This document shows positions 27,700 through 41,300 of a DNA stretch of 64,000 nucleotides, piece by piece; positions within the stretch are counted from its first letter, which is position 1, and each line of letters starts with the position of its first letter. The stretch is from contig CM035357.1 of the NCBI GenBank assembly GCA_020137815.1, forward strand, positions 1,302,001 through 1,366,000, written 5' to 3'. The notes under the pieces are model-generated. The model ran no database searches. It saw only the letters and a program-made list of their open reading frames with translations, and had not been told where the DNA came from. This stretch comes from Hormiphora californensis (taxonomy: Eukaryota; Animalia; Ctenophora). The position numbers were made by a program, and so were the translations under genes.

Positions 27700-30677
27700 A
27701 TCAGTAAAATTTCTGACCCAACTACTTATAAGTAGAATTTAATATCTAAGGTGCTTATAAAGTGATTGATATTGAAACTGAAAGAGTAATCATGAATGAG
27801 ATCTGATTAAGAGTTAAAATGTTGTCTTCTGATTTATCGCACACTACAGTTTATTTTTCTATGATCTATTGATTAGTTACAAAACTGTCATCCTTTTTTT
27901 GTTTTTATTTAAAACAGTCAGCCATCACAATAAAAGCACCAGAGGTTAAATAAAACACATGGTATGACACTAACACATAGACAGTACACACAAACAAACA
28001 CAACCACAAACATTATACTTTATAGGGAAACGAACAGTAATCATATTAATTGTACGCATTCACTAGTCAAACTTCACAAACATACACTGGTCCACGTGTC
28101 GTCGTCCAAGTCCATCACGTCACGCAACCTTTATCCTACTACACATGTAAAATCTACCAACACTTAAACAAATTAAAAGCTCTACATACTATAAAGTTAT
28201 TATATTAATCACATGTATCACATAGATCATAAGAGTAAAAAGTCGTATATCACAATTCCACCCAGAGTGCCAGTAGTTTGCTATAGGTTCATATAACTGG
28301 TTATACTTGTTTGTTTTCTTTACACAGTAATGATATAAAGTCACAAGGTCTAATAAAACACATGATAAACACATGAAGTAACCATCGAAACATGCATCGA
28401 AACATTATACTTTATAGGAACAAACGTAAATCACTTCATTGACATTCATAGTGGGATGTTCAAGTTTAAATGTTCTATATCATTTTATCATTATTTGACA
28501 TTAAACCAATTTTAATAATCTCACTTAAGTTATAATTATATCAAAGTGCCTTCAAAGTTATCTGATGTTGCACAACACCAACAAATCAAACCAATACAAC
28601 GGACAAAACAATCCCCTACAAGATAACTTCACTCAGTAATGCAAATGGTCCAACCCACAATTAGAATTCTTTGTTATTACTATGTCCGCCATTGACTAAG
28701 TACAGAACATATACAATGGTAGGCCTATATCGAGAATCAAATAGATAAAGAAGATGGTAATAAATCACAAATCTGTGGTATCGGTGAATCCACTTGACTA
28801 CATGCTCGATGGGAAACATTCGATTTGACTTATGAATAGAGTGGATTGTACATATGTGACCATTTTAAATTATTCGATTTTACTCAGTTCCGAAGTCCAA
28901 TTTTGATGAATCTTATACCCGAATAATAACTACAAAATGCTGCTTTATCCGGTAAACGGGTACTATAAAGGACAGACTATGAAAAAATGACAGTTAAGCC
29001 CTACTGACGAAACGGTGATTCAAAGTCGGAATGTTACACTTAAACTATTGAATATGACTTACCATTCAATCTATCTGATCAATATTACCGGAATTCCGAT
29101 TAACTCCAAGTTGACCGGATACGGGATCTCGGTGAAGGTTTTGCCCGAAAATCGGGGTGACTCCGGTATAACCCGGGGTCAACCGTTATTAACGATTCGG
29201 ATTAGGAATTATCCTCCTGGTAAACGTGGATTCAAGCCGGAATGGGTAAATCGGGGTCGACTGTATCTCTCTGCTTTTGCTTCGATCTAATACTTCTATA
29301 CGTTTCATAAAATACATACCTTTCGAGGCAAAATGCAAAAACACCTTACGGAGTGCGAATTGGCCAGAGTGATTTATCGGAGTTTTGCATGGAAGGGAAG
29401 AATTTTATGAATCTTCTGTGTCATTAGACTCGCACGAAATTTTGTTGATATTCTCAGATAGGAGTGGATTCGACCACTGGAAACTTTCAAAATCTGAATA
29501 ATGGGAGTTCTGGAATTAACCGAAATTATACAATCTAGAATTAATTTAAATGTAATGTAATTAACCAAAATCTTATGAAATCTGTAATTTAGTTTTAGAT
29601 AGTACATAGTAATTGAAAAAGATTGTTTTGAATTGTATCTTTAAAATGGACGGGTCAGGTCAGATCAGTTCGGCGCCGACACACAGGGTCCTCGGGTACT
29701 ACTGTAATTTTATTTCTCTTACTATACTATGATATTTAGTAGTTCCACACATAAAATGTGCAACACTTCATGTGTTTGAGCCATGGTGCTCTAATAATAT
29801 TATTTCACATTCTCTCCCTTTAGTTAACGCAATAGTCTCTCTTTTTACAGTGTATAGTGAATCTCTAATTAAGTTAGTGAACATACAAAACAGATTCCAG
29901 TATAATGTACAGTGGACAAATCTCCTTAGCTTTGTAAACGGTACGATCGCCCCAGTGTGCCCATAACAAGAATCGAGTTAGATTGTACAACCTGGAATCT
30001 TGGAATTCGTTTGGTAACTAACTTTCATTTAGACAAATGGGGCGTTATATAATCCAGTATGTTCCTGAGTAAAGCGTCATACATTAGGAATGACAGTAAT
30101 AAAAGAAATGTATACTGTAGTAATTTCCATTGTCTACCACTTCACTCAGGAATTAAAACATTCCAATTTCCATTGTTCACAAATTTTCAGTGGAATATCA
30201 TGGACACGTCTACTGCACGTGTGACCGAGACTGCCACAATAAAGCATCTTCATGTTCCAAACATTATTATTCGTCTCTAGCTGATAGCTCCTTACAACAA
30301 AATGATTGAAAGAGAACGTGGTGGTTATATTGGTTAGATTTGGTTAGAGCCGGAAGGAGCTAGTCAATTCAACATACTACAATCATGAGGTTCATAAACA
30401 ACTAACCAATGCACTCACAGAATATGCTGGTAACCCGTGACAGTGCTCAACAGAGTAAAGTATGACAGAAAACCATGGTTTAAGCTGATTTGTTACACCT
30501 TCCAGTTGCCATGGATACAGTAGGATTCAGAGCTGTTTTGTTAAATGTGCAACATGTTCAATTTCCATCTTTACGTTTTGCCAAATTAATGTTCATCATC
30601 TGCTGATATCATCCATGTTGAGACAGACTGAGCTACGCATGTGTGTAAATCGAGTGTAGGCTAGCATTAGGTGTGAT

Positions 30678-31631
30678 GGATCTGCATATGCGTGTGTTTG
30701 TGAATGAGAGTTCACGATGAAATTCATCTAGCTGAAATGCGAGAAATGTGTGACTTTTATTTATGAGCGAGTGATAGCTTTGTGAATATGAGATTCATAT
30801 GTGAAAGAAAGCCCCGTGTGTGAATGTGTGATCGTGTGTGAAACCGTAAGATGTATTTGGCTGTGTGTGAATTTTGGTATGTCATGAGGTTGTGACAAGC
30901 AATTGTTCTTGTCCATTTCTTGTGAGTTGCCATCCTGTGTTGTGAGTTGTGACAACTGTGAGCGTGAGTTGTGTGACTGTGTTTGAGTTGTGAGTGTGAT
31001 TTTGTATAAGTTGGGAGTCTGAGGAATAGTTCATACAGTTTTGGCTCAGTACTATTTGGCCACTACACTTTCCTTATACTTTTAGCAGTTTTTATGCTTG
31101 TAGTATGCCGTCCAGTAGTCCAGTATTTTTGTAAATGTAAGTCATTGTTAGTTAGTAGGCACGAGAGTAGTGTGATAATTGGCGTGGTGAACGCTAACTC
31201 GCCTTGCCGCTGACTGTCAAGGTACCTTACCCACCCGGAACTACGACCTACGGCGAGGGCCGCGGTGTTCTGGTGCTTGGTATACTGACCTTCAGTGGGC
31301 GTGTTTTGTGCACCGTCTGTTTATCACTCTGTTAGTAGCATCTCTGTCTTTGTCATCCCTAGTATGTTTATTGTTTCACTATTTCACTGTATCCCAGTCC
31401 CGTGCCGTTTAATTTTAACCTTTTGCAGCAGTGAGGCTTGAGAGTGTGTGAGATTAGGTGCGGAAAGAACTTAGCAACCGTTAGTCAACACGTTCGACCT
31501 ACGTTTCGAGTTCATACCTGAACCAGACGTGTTTGTGCGTGGCGCCTTGACTGGCGGAGAGTTGTTCTGTAGTTCTGCCTTGATCACACTCCTCTCCTTT
31601 GTGTGTTTACTGTTTGTCCTGTTTCCCCTGT
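30678..31631. repeat. ~950-bp segment duplicated at 39272-40201 (probably internal region of LTR family B)
   Basis: Near-identical direct copies; both yield the same MSQLTTQDGNSQEMDK ORF. Confidence 0.9.
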
Positions 31632-33913
31632 CCTTTGTCACCTCCTGTCTGGCGACAGTGCGCTCAGATGGGTCGCGGCGCCAGACAGGTCACCTCTAGT
31701 AAGTTTCACGTTTCGTTACTATTCTTATTCATTCAGTTATATATTTTCTCGAGAGCTGTGTGTGGTTGTGTGTGAATGGAAGACGTAGTTTCAGCTAACG
31801 AACTTTGATACGCTTCATGTAGATCAATACAGCAGCAGATCAGATTTCGTTGAGTTAAAACCTGTCCGTGTAACTGGTACACGTCATAGTATATCTTTGT
31901 TGGTGTTAGTTGGCAAGTTTCTGTGTATGTTTTTGCTGTCAAAGAGGTGCTATACGAGGGCTAGCTGCCACGTTTCGTGCATCTTTGGTTGTCTTGTTCT
32001 GTTTGTGAGTAAGTTTCTGTCTGTGAGTAAGTTTCTTTTTGAAGATTTCGCGAGTTTATGAGGATTTTGCGAGTTTTTGAAGATTTTACGAGTTTTGAAG
32101 ATTTTGCGAGTTTTTGAGGATTTTGCGAGTTTTTGAAGATTTTGCGAGTTTTGAAGATTTTGCGAGCTTTTGAGGATTTTGCGAGTTTTTGAAGATTTTG
32201 CGAGCTTTTGAGGATTTTACGATTTTTGAAGATTTTGCGAGTTTTAGAGCCGGCTATTAGGTTATATCTGCAGATTGTCTACATGGTATACCATTGTCTT
32301 CCAGTACTGGATTGTCCTGTCGACCCGGGTCCTGCCCTCCTGTTTCATGTTTTAGGCGCCTGTCTAGTTTTATTTTTCTTTACTCTTTCTTTTGTGCGTG
32401 TTTGTGTATAGTTGAAAGACCTTGATTTTCTGGCGTTTTGTAAGGTTTGGATATCTTTGGGTACAGGTAATTGCGTCACCTGTGCTGATTGGTATTCGAG
32501 TCTTGACGCAAACCATTCGCCACGCAGGATTATTTTGGTCCCGCTCAGCATGTCTCTTTTCTCTCGTTTTTCTAGTGTTACATCTTCGCTACATGTGTTA
32601 CCATTTCTGTGAAGTTGTCTTGTGATCTCTGCAACATTGTCCTGTGATCTGAGTTACAGGGTGACATTTTCTGGGCGTTGTACGGTCAGCACCTTATTTC
32701 AGATCCCTAGCCCCCGGTTCCATTCATTATGTATTCATTCCATTCAGTATATAGTACATAACGTTCTGCACGCAGTGCAAGCGCGCCATATACGCTCTGC
32801 ACTGCAGAGCGTATATGGAGGTGAAATGCACGACAGCGCAGCTGGAGGCATTTCACACCATATTGCACGAGTGTAACGAGTGCGATATAGGAACGCTTGC
32901 ACATGCCGTGCAGGACGTTATTGAGTATATATTCCGCGAGAAAGCACATGATAAGCAAAACAATCACAATTTTGGGTGATTACACACAGAGAGATGTGAC
33001 AAAACAAGGTACAAACTAAGCAAAACTACACAAAAATACACTCCTACACCTCTTACACACAAGGGAACAAGTTCTGTTAGTTTTAATTAGTGAAAAGAAG
33101 AGAGGGATAAAGAGAGAGATATGAGAGAGGGAGATTGGAATTCTTGGAAATAGTGAACAACAAAACATGATAAGGGGATAATTAGTGAGAGAAAGAGGGA
33201 GAGTGAGTGTAGTTTGACAGACTTTGTGTCGCTTGGCACTGTGTCAGTCATATTCTGTGTGTTTGTGTGTGAATAAGGTGTAAAAACACTGAGGGACCAC
33301 GTTCTTACTTATATCCCGCTACCCCTATATCTGACGCTCCGCGGAAGCAGAGTGCATATTTCACCGTGCAAATGGTCGCGCGGAGCGGAGTGATATGTGC
33401 ACTCGCGGTATATATGTATTCAACCTGTGATACCACTGTTAGTGCCCTGGAGCCGCACCTGTCTGCCTCCCCTTAGTTACAGAGGGGCGGTAACTGGATG
33501 GAAGTCCCAGGGCGGGGTAAGTGCATTTACAGCCAAGGTGGTATAGTGCTCTAGTTCCCCTCTATTTCACGCTTCATGATTCATTGCACCAGGCAGGGCA
33601 CGTGATCATCGTGACGACAATGAGAGCGAAGTATTGTGTTTATAAGAGAGATACCTTGGCTCGCATTGTTGAGTTCCCCCTTACTCAACAAGGCTCGCAG
33701 GGGTCGAGAGCGATTCATGTTAGTACTGAGTCTATTCGAACCACCTAAAACTTTGTCGTTATCTCCTGAAAACCCCTTCACCACACCCCTCCTATTTCAC
33801 CGAAGGTCACCCTACATTTGGTGGCCACGCAGGGGCTCTAGTCTTCCTCTATTTGTTCCAGTAAAATCCTACAATTTTGTTTTGCCTATATTTCTCAGAC
33901 GTGTGTCTAAGAA

Positions 33914-34442
33914 ATGTCCATTCTCGCCGACCCCAAGATGGAGAAGATTCTTGCTGCACTGGATCCTGAGGATCGTAAAACTGTTGAGAAGAAAATCAAG
34001 GGTATTGAGACGAAACCACTCCAGAGTACAACAGGAGCGAAGGAACTACTGTCAGTAGCTAAGAGGCCTCCTACATTTAACCCTGAAACGATGGAAGTAG
34101 ACCGTTTTTTCAAAACTTTCGAAGCATATGTGGATTGCCTAAAGCTAGACGATGAATCTTTGAAGAGGGCCTTCCGATCTTACATGACTGAGGACATGAA
34201 CACCAGGATAGACCAAATTACTGAACCAGATGAAGACGACATTAGCTGGGAGGAGTACAAGTCACTGGTCTCCCAAACGCTGTCTACCATCAGAAGAGAA
34301 AAGGGCATGCTATCCAGAATATCCCTCAAAGCAGCCTCCAGGAAATGGGAGATCTCTCACAAAGTTTGCTGACCGAATTTCACAGTTATCTGGCTATCAT
34401 ACCCCAAGGCGGAGGACAGAAAACTGCGAGAGGAGAGGCTGA
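33914..34442 (+). pseudogene. gag of LTR element A, frameshifted
   Basis: Follows the PBS; PPTFN...VDRFFKTFEAY...SWEEYK, then a frameshifted SLTKFADRISQL motif resembling retrotransposon gag. Confidence 0.7.
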
Positions 34443-37252
34443 AAGATGCATTGTCTAACGGTGCTTCAAGACCTGAGGGTTAGATAGGGTTTAATCACAA
34501 CATGCGGGTCGGACTCTCACGTTCCCCGGACTAGTTTCGTGAGCCCTTTCAGCTAGACACAACAGCACTGACCATTAACAAACAAACACGAATGACTGTG
34601 GAGCTAAATCAGAATCAAGAATGCTGAGCCACTTAAATTCATTTAGTTTGAGGTGTGAGAGTGTGTTTGAAGAATGGTATTGTGTGATTTATAGACAGAT
34701 TACTGACAAACGAACAAACACATTATGGCAACTCTCCCTCTCTAATCTCACTCCATCCAGGAGGTAAAGCGATTAGCGGTTTGTGCGATAATCATTGGTA
34801 TAGTGTTGGGAGTGGTGGGGGCAATCGTTCCCATGGTTTTCGAGGGGATATTCAATTCCTTCTAATCATGAAACACCATGGAAAACACCATGGAAACACC
34901 ATGGAAACACCATGGAAACACCATGGAAACACCATGGAAACACCATGGAAAAACCTATATTCAAAAGATGAGCTTCTTTAAAGGGGCACCATGTCGAACC
35001 ATTCCTGAACTAAAATGTATGGTAAAACTTAAAATATCATTTTCTACAACTGGGGATAAACTCTTTTCGTCATTCGATGATGGTAATTTCAAATCCTAGA
35101 TTCCTTAATTCCTGGCTGTTCATTCCTGTTTCTGCTCATTCCTGTTCCTGTTCCGATTTTTTCCTGTTCATTGAATCGACACGCTGTTTTACTTCAGCAG
35201 AGATGTTTTCGTACAAAGCAAAAAAAGGGCCCTGTTTGAGTTTGTGAGTGTAGTGGGATTGTGTGATGAGTGTGTGTGAAAGAGATATGAAAATAGAAAG
35301 TGATTGTAAATATAGATAGAACAATAGAGACAGAGTGAAAGTATGTAGAGAGCGATAGAGATAAGAGAGAGAGAGAGAAAGGGAGAGCTAAGCAATACAA
35401 AAAGAGAGATAAAGATAAAACATTACCGATATAATAATGACGATAGATAAGTTGCTGTTATAACAAATGATTTGAATTTCAAACTTTTCAATGCTTCTTT
35501 TAACGAAACGTCATCTCGATTAAAGAGAAACAACGATTTTGCAGTACTAATATTCAATTAAGAACAGTCATTAAGAACGTCATCTCGCTTCTCCCCTGTA
35601 CTCTGGTGAAAGGTGTGTATGTGGCTAGGTACCCAGATGGAGTTCTCTCTAGTCTCTACCTCTCTCTAATGATGAAATATTCAAAAGTATCAAAAGTACA
35701 TTATAACTGTCTCTCACTCATGTCCTTAATTTTATCTCATTTCGTTCCAGCAACTCTCACTCTCCCAAAATCCTCTCTCACCTCCACTAACACCTGTGTT
35801 CCCCAGAAGCAATGAAGTAAATGGTGTAAAGAGAGAAAGAGAGAGAGATAGAAAAAAAGAAAGAGAAAAAGAGAGTGTGACGTGTGTACCACACCACCCC
35901 TAAATACCGGTGCGAAATGCCACACTGAGTAATTCATTGCATCATGCCAGCATTGAATCTTATTACTGGAACCCCATGATCTCACCCGAGGTGAGGATAA
36001 GAGGAAAGCACAGAAAAATGCAGCAGAGGGGGATCGATAGAAGTCCGATTTTCGTGGTAACTGATTTCTATTTTGGGACTTCCATACCTTCCATACCTTC
36101 GCGTTTGAATAATACATACTGAACTTCAAGTCGTCAAGTGGGGCACATTTTACTGATTAAAAGCAGTTTTTCCTCTCCTTGACGGTGTCTGTGTAGTGCA
36201 GTAATGTAGAAAGAGAAAGAACAGAGCTAATTGGTGGGGAGCTATTTTAAGCGTCTTTGTGTTTTTAGTGTGAACAATGCGTGGTACAACAATGCAGTCA
36301 TAGTGGAATTGAGAAGAGTGTGATGTCGAAGTGGCACTTTAATCTGATTACAAACATTGTAGTCAAGAATGATCGTTACAATTGTTTATTGAGTAACACA
36401 CATACACAGTCACATACACAGACACACCCGCACACTTGATATAGAAAGATGAATGTACAATGACGTCACAAGTGATTAGATCATACCTTATACCAAGACC
36501 TTTTTTTTGTGTGTGGTATCTTTTCATGAACCCCCCCCCCCCCTCTTAATACAATCTTCTGGGAAGGAGAGAAGCAGTCATTGGCCTTGGTTTTGAGTTT
36601 GTTGTGAGAAGTAGACAGGGGACAGGGACAACATACAATTAGGGCTGGATGTGTTTTACTTGATGTAACGCGCGATCCTCTCAATACACGTAGCTTCGCG
36701 CGCGTGTAGACCAGATGCAGATGACAAACAAACATCCATTTTGGGGGGGGGGGGGGGGGGGGGGGGGGCCCGGTGACACCGTAACATTTGTAACACTGTA
36801 CACATGTAACGTGCCGCACAACAAGGTTCTGCCATTACAAGGTATCAGTGCAATAGTTAACAAAGGTGTTACATAGTGTTACAATTTGAGAGGTTACAGT
36901 TTACAGGGAATATGTTAAAGTGTCATAGTGTTCCCCCAAAGTGGTTACCAATGTGTTACATAGTGTTACTAGTGTTACAATAGTGTTACTTTGACACAAG
37001 TGCAATAGGATTACATAGGTACAAATGTTATTGTTACAAAGTGTTAGACAGCGTAGTGTTATACCAATAGTGTTTTACAAAAGTTACAAGCTGTTTTTAG
37101 TACAAGTGTATCAATCACAGTAGTTAATTAGTGCACCCAAAAGGGTTACAAATTAGTTAACAAAGCGCTGTTGACACAAGTGTTACAATATGGTTAAAAT
37201 ATTTTGAACAAAGAATCTATAAAGGACGGTTGAGATGAATAAGTTATATTTT

Positions 37253-38383
37253 GACCGACTTTAGGGGTCTTTCTATAGCACAAAATCTCACAGCGAGTTT
37301 AAAACTTCCACTTTATCCCGGGGGTAAAACCGTGGACACCTGTGCACTCATCCTTCGCCTTCGGCGCTGGGCACGTTCTTATTACTCGATGTCGTTCGTA
37401 ATTCATCCGTCCTTGTCATAAAGGCATACGCATAGATTCCTCTGCAAATCCGGTGTGCACGAACAAGCCAGCGAGTGAGATAGAGGGAGATGCATCGCGA
37501 CAGTTCAGCACTAGAGAGCAGAGAAGCTAGTGCGGCAGGCGCGCATGAATCCGCGAGATGCTCTCCCGCGCGGATACCGAGGCGGTAGACGCGACCTGAT
37601 ATAGAGCCGATTGTATGCGCGCGATCGATCCGCAGCCGGAAGTGGACGCGGAGAGTGTCGGAGAGAGCTGAGGAGAGTAGAAGAGAGAGAGAAGAGGCCC
37701 AAAGGAGCGAAGAACAAGCGAAGAGATAGAACGGGAGATAGGGCCGGTGAGAGCGGACTCGCGAGGAGGAGGAGGGAGAGAGGAAGAGCAGAGAGCTTAG
37801 CGAGCTGAAGTCACGGTGTCAGTTAAGTGCGTGGTGCGACGCACTACGTCCGAAGTTTACAGTGGACACAGTGTCGGGGTCGCAAACACCCCCTAATAGG
37901 GTAGTCCTCCCAGAGTTCGTGTTGTGGCACCGTTCTGCCTTAGACTGTCCGTAGTGCGGTCCTCGGCGCGGGGTCGTAGCGCCGAGCTCGAGTGAGATGA
38001 TGCCGAGAAGAGCAAGAGCTTCGGCACGCCACGAGATGTTGTGGCAGTATTCGGAGTTGGGAGCAGACGACTATTCGCGCCCCCCCCTTCTATTTTGCCG
38101 CCCTGAGACCGAGCAGTGTTTGAGCCGAAGGAGGATAGAGAGAGGTCGAAGTGTAGACAGTGATATACCTTAATGTAGAGTGAGAGAATGCCAGAGGAAG
38201 AGAGAGTATTTTTTGAGGAGATGAAGTCAAGAAGATTCAGATTGCAATGCTATTTTAAGTTCTGTAAAACCTGTTCGTATATACCGTTGTTAGTGGTCAG
38301 TATCTTGAGTTTTGATTCGCTTACCAACGGAAACAACATGGAGCATACAATCATGAATCCCCCTACCGCAACCAGCGGGGACA
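37253..38383 (-). mobile_element. Second, noisy copy of LTR family B lacking the piggyBac insert
   Basis: Shares CACCTGTGCACTC, GAACAAGCCAG, CCCTAATAGG and the end ...CCGCAACCAGCGGG(G)ACA with 42973-44675; empty TTAA site at ~38170. Confidence 0.7.
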
Positions 38384-41300
38384 CAATGGATGACACTTGA
38401 TTGGGCTCCTGTTCCTCTTTAAACTGGGGGACCTGTTAGTGGACCTGTTTTCCTCCAGGGGCCCGTGAAGGCTGGACATGTTGTGTCTCTGGATGAATGG
38501 AACCCTCTCTTTGAGCTATGGAAACCAACTCCTCCAGGTGATGATTGCTTCATCTGGGTGAAAGGAATGGACTTTCAAGCTGTGCGTTTGCGAGAAGGTG
38601 CACGTGCTCGGTGTTCTGCTTTGTGCCTGTAAAATCCACATCTGCTGGCAAAGGACACTCGTACCAGCACTGATGCTTGTTGAGCCGCCGTTAGTGTACC
38701 CGTCACATCATTAGAGTCAGTTTCAATTAATGGTGCACAGCCATTTGAGGATGAGAGTAAAGGTTATCGGAGAGTGGGTGGGGATGAGCTTAATTCACAG
38801 TACTGTCCGCCATCGCTTCACCCCCTACGGTATCCACCTTTTTGTTGTTGCAATACCCCGTCCCGTGTAGCACGGGGTGGATTTACCGGTTTGATAATGA
38901 CTAGCTACCACATAGACGGTGCCGACTTACGCGGAAGTGTCGGATGTCGCGGAAGGGCAGAGCTCGGGCTCACCCACCTGCCACCAGTTTTTGATGGTCC
39001 ACCCGTGTTAATTATTATTGCGTCCTCTGGCCTCAGGTCCAGCAGGTCGCATCCCTGAGTAAAGGAGGTAATAGCGGAGCCATGTCCACATGCACCAGAA
39101 AACACTGTAGTGTGTGCGTAGTCGGATGTACTTGCCCCTATGTCCCTGTAGAGCATTCCCCTTTTTGTCACAACCCCAGTGAGTTTTAGTTTTGTCTGCC
39201 CAGATCAGCTCACCCAGTTCGTTATTTTCTTACAATTAGCTTGCCTTGATGTTCGATGTGTGAGTGTTATGGGATCTGCATATGCGTGTGTTTGTGAATG
39301 AGAGTTCACGATGAAATTCATCTAGCTGAAATGCGAGAAATGTGTGACTTTTATTTATGAGCGAGTGATAGCTTGTGAATATGAGATTCATATGGAAAGA
39401 AAGCCCCGTGTGTGAATGTGTGATCGTGTGTGAAACCGTAAGATGTATTTGGCTGTGTGTGAATTTTGGTATGTCATGAGGTTGTGACAAGCAATTGTTC
39501 TTGTCCATTTCTTGTGAGTTGCCATCCTGTGTTGTGAGTTGTGACAACTGTGAGCGTGAGTTGTGTGACTGTGTTTGAGTTGTGAGTGTGATTTTGTATA
39601 AGTTGGGAGTCTGAGGAATAGTTCATACAGTTTTGGCTCAGTACTATTTGGCCGCACATTTCCTTATACTTTTAGCAGTTTTTATGCTGTAGTTGCCGTC
39701 CCGTATCAGTATTTTTGTAATGTAAGTCTTGTTAGAGTAGGCACGAGAGTAGTGTGATAATTGGCGTGGTGAACGCTAACTCGCCTTGCCCTGCTGATCA
39801 GGTACCTTACCCACCCGGACATACGACTACGGCGAGGGCCGCGGTGTTCGGTGCTTGGTATACTGACCTTCAGTGGGCGTGTTTTGTGCCCGTCTTTTAT
39901 CACTCTGTTAGTAGCATCTCTGTCTTGTCATCCCTAGTATGTTTATGTTTACTATTTCACTGTATCCCAGTCCCGTGCCGTTTAATTTTAACCTTTGCAG
40001 CAGTGAGGCTTGAGAGTGTGTGTGAGATTAGTGCGGGAAAGAACTTAGCAACCGTTAGTCAACACGTTCGACCTACGTTTCGAGTATACCTGAACCAGAC
40101 GTGTTTGTGCGGTGGCGCCTTGACTGGCGGAGAGTGTTCTGTAAGTCTGCCTTGACACACTCCTTCTTTGGTGTTTACTGTTTGGTCTGTATTCCCCCTG
40201 TGTAAGAAAGTGTATCGCTCATCCATGAAAATCTAAGATCCATACTTCCTAAAAATAGCCGTGCGGCTGTTCAAACGTCTTGGTATCCGGACCGATCACC
40301 TCCCTGTAATGGTGTTAATGAGAACCCCAACTACCGCCACTATTTCGGGGACTACGAGTATGAAGACGAACGCGGGTACAACTCAGAGCAACCTACTTAC
40401 AATGCTTCCCAGAACCGATATTAGCTTACTTCATCTTTCCAGTGACTTATGACGGCACCAGGCGTGTGCCTGACAGTCCAAAACTTTCTGGGTATGAGCA
40501 CTGCTGCTAGCTGGGACACTCGCTTAGCTACCCGGGGTCTACCAGTCAAAAATAATAGAAGGACGTGTGTCCCATCTAATGGAAGAATCTATGAAGTTCG
40601 TTCGAGTCCATTCCTGATACATCTACTGGGCGTGTGCCTAGCGTGCCTGATATAACTGAAGGGCGTGAGCCTAGCAACGGGATCTTGGAGGAAATCATTT
40701 CCACTACTCCCCTGAACCAGTAACTACAGACCCCGTCTCCGATACTATGGACGGATGTGTGCCCGATGATCAAGTTCCTGATCCTACAGAGGGGCGTGTG
40801 CCTCCCAACCCAGTTCCTTTTTCCTACAGAAGAGATGAGGGTGAAGCATCTTCATGTTCAAACTACAAACTAACGAACTGTGGGACTGGTTAGAGCGAAT
40901 ACTATTGTTGGGTTCTTTTAAAACTTTGACTGCGGTTATGTACTCATACTCGTATAATAATGAATTTGAACAAACTGTTAAATTGTTAGAAATGGCCAAA
41001 TATCTAGGGAAAGCTGTGATTTATGAAAGTGAAGTAACACTAATATGAAATTATTCGTGGAAGACAGCTGAATGATCACCACTTTACTTTAGTAATGAAC
41101 AATTATTGTAGGTAAGAACTAGAGTAGCCTATTACTTACCTATGCAATGAAAGCGACATTATATTCTATCTATGTCAAGATATCGAAATATCGTGCATGA
41201 AACTATACTGAAAGACGAGCTGAGTAACGAATATTCTGATCGCCGTGCCCGATGCTATGCATCCGAACCGTGCTGTTTCCCTGCCTGGGTTGCTCTCTTT

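Noticed and set aside
35474-35510. TTTCAAACTTTTCAA stretch reminiscent of a ctenophore spliced leader as I recall it
   Set aside because: No TTTGAG|GT donor or Sm site follows, the region is noisy and AT-rich, and the comparison rests on memory
34400-38150. GC-rich ORFs and apparently novel sequence inside LTR element A
   Set aside because: Much of it aligns by eye as indel-ridden copies of 42973-43580 and inverted 45020-45480, as expected from uncorrected read sequence
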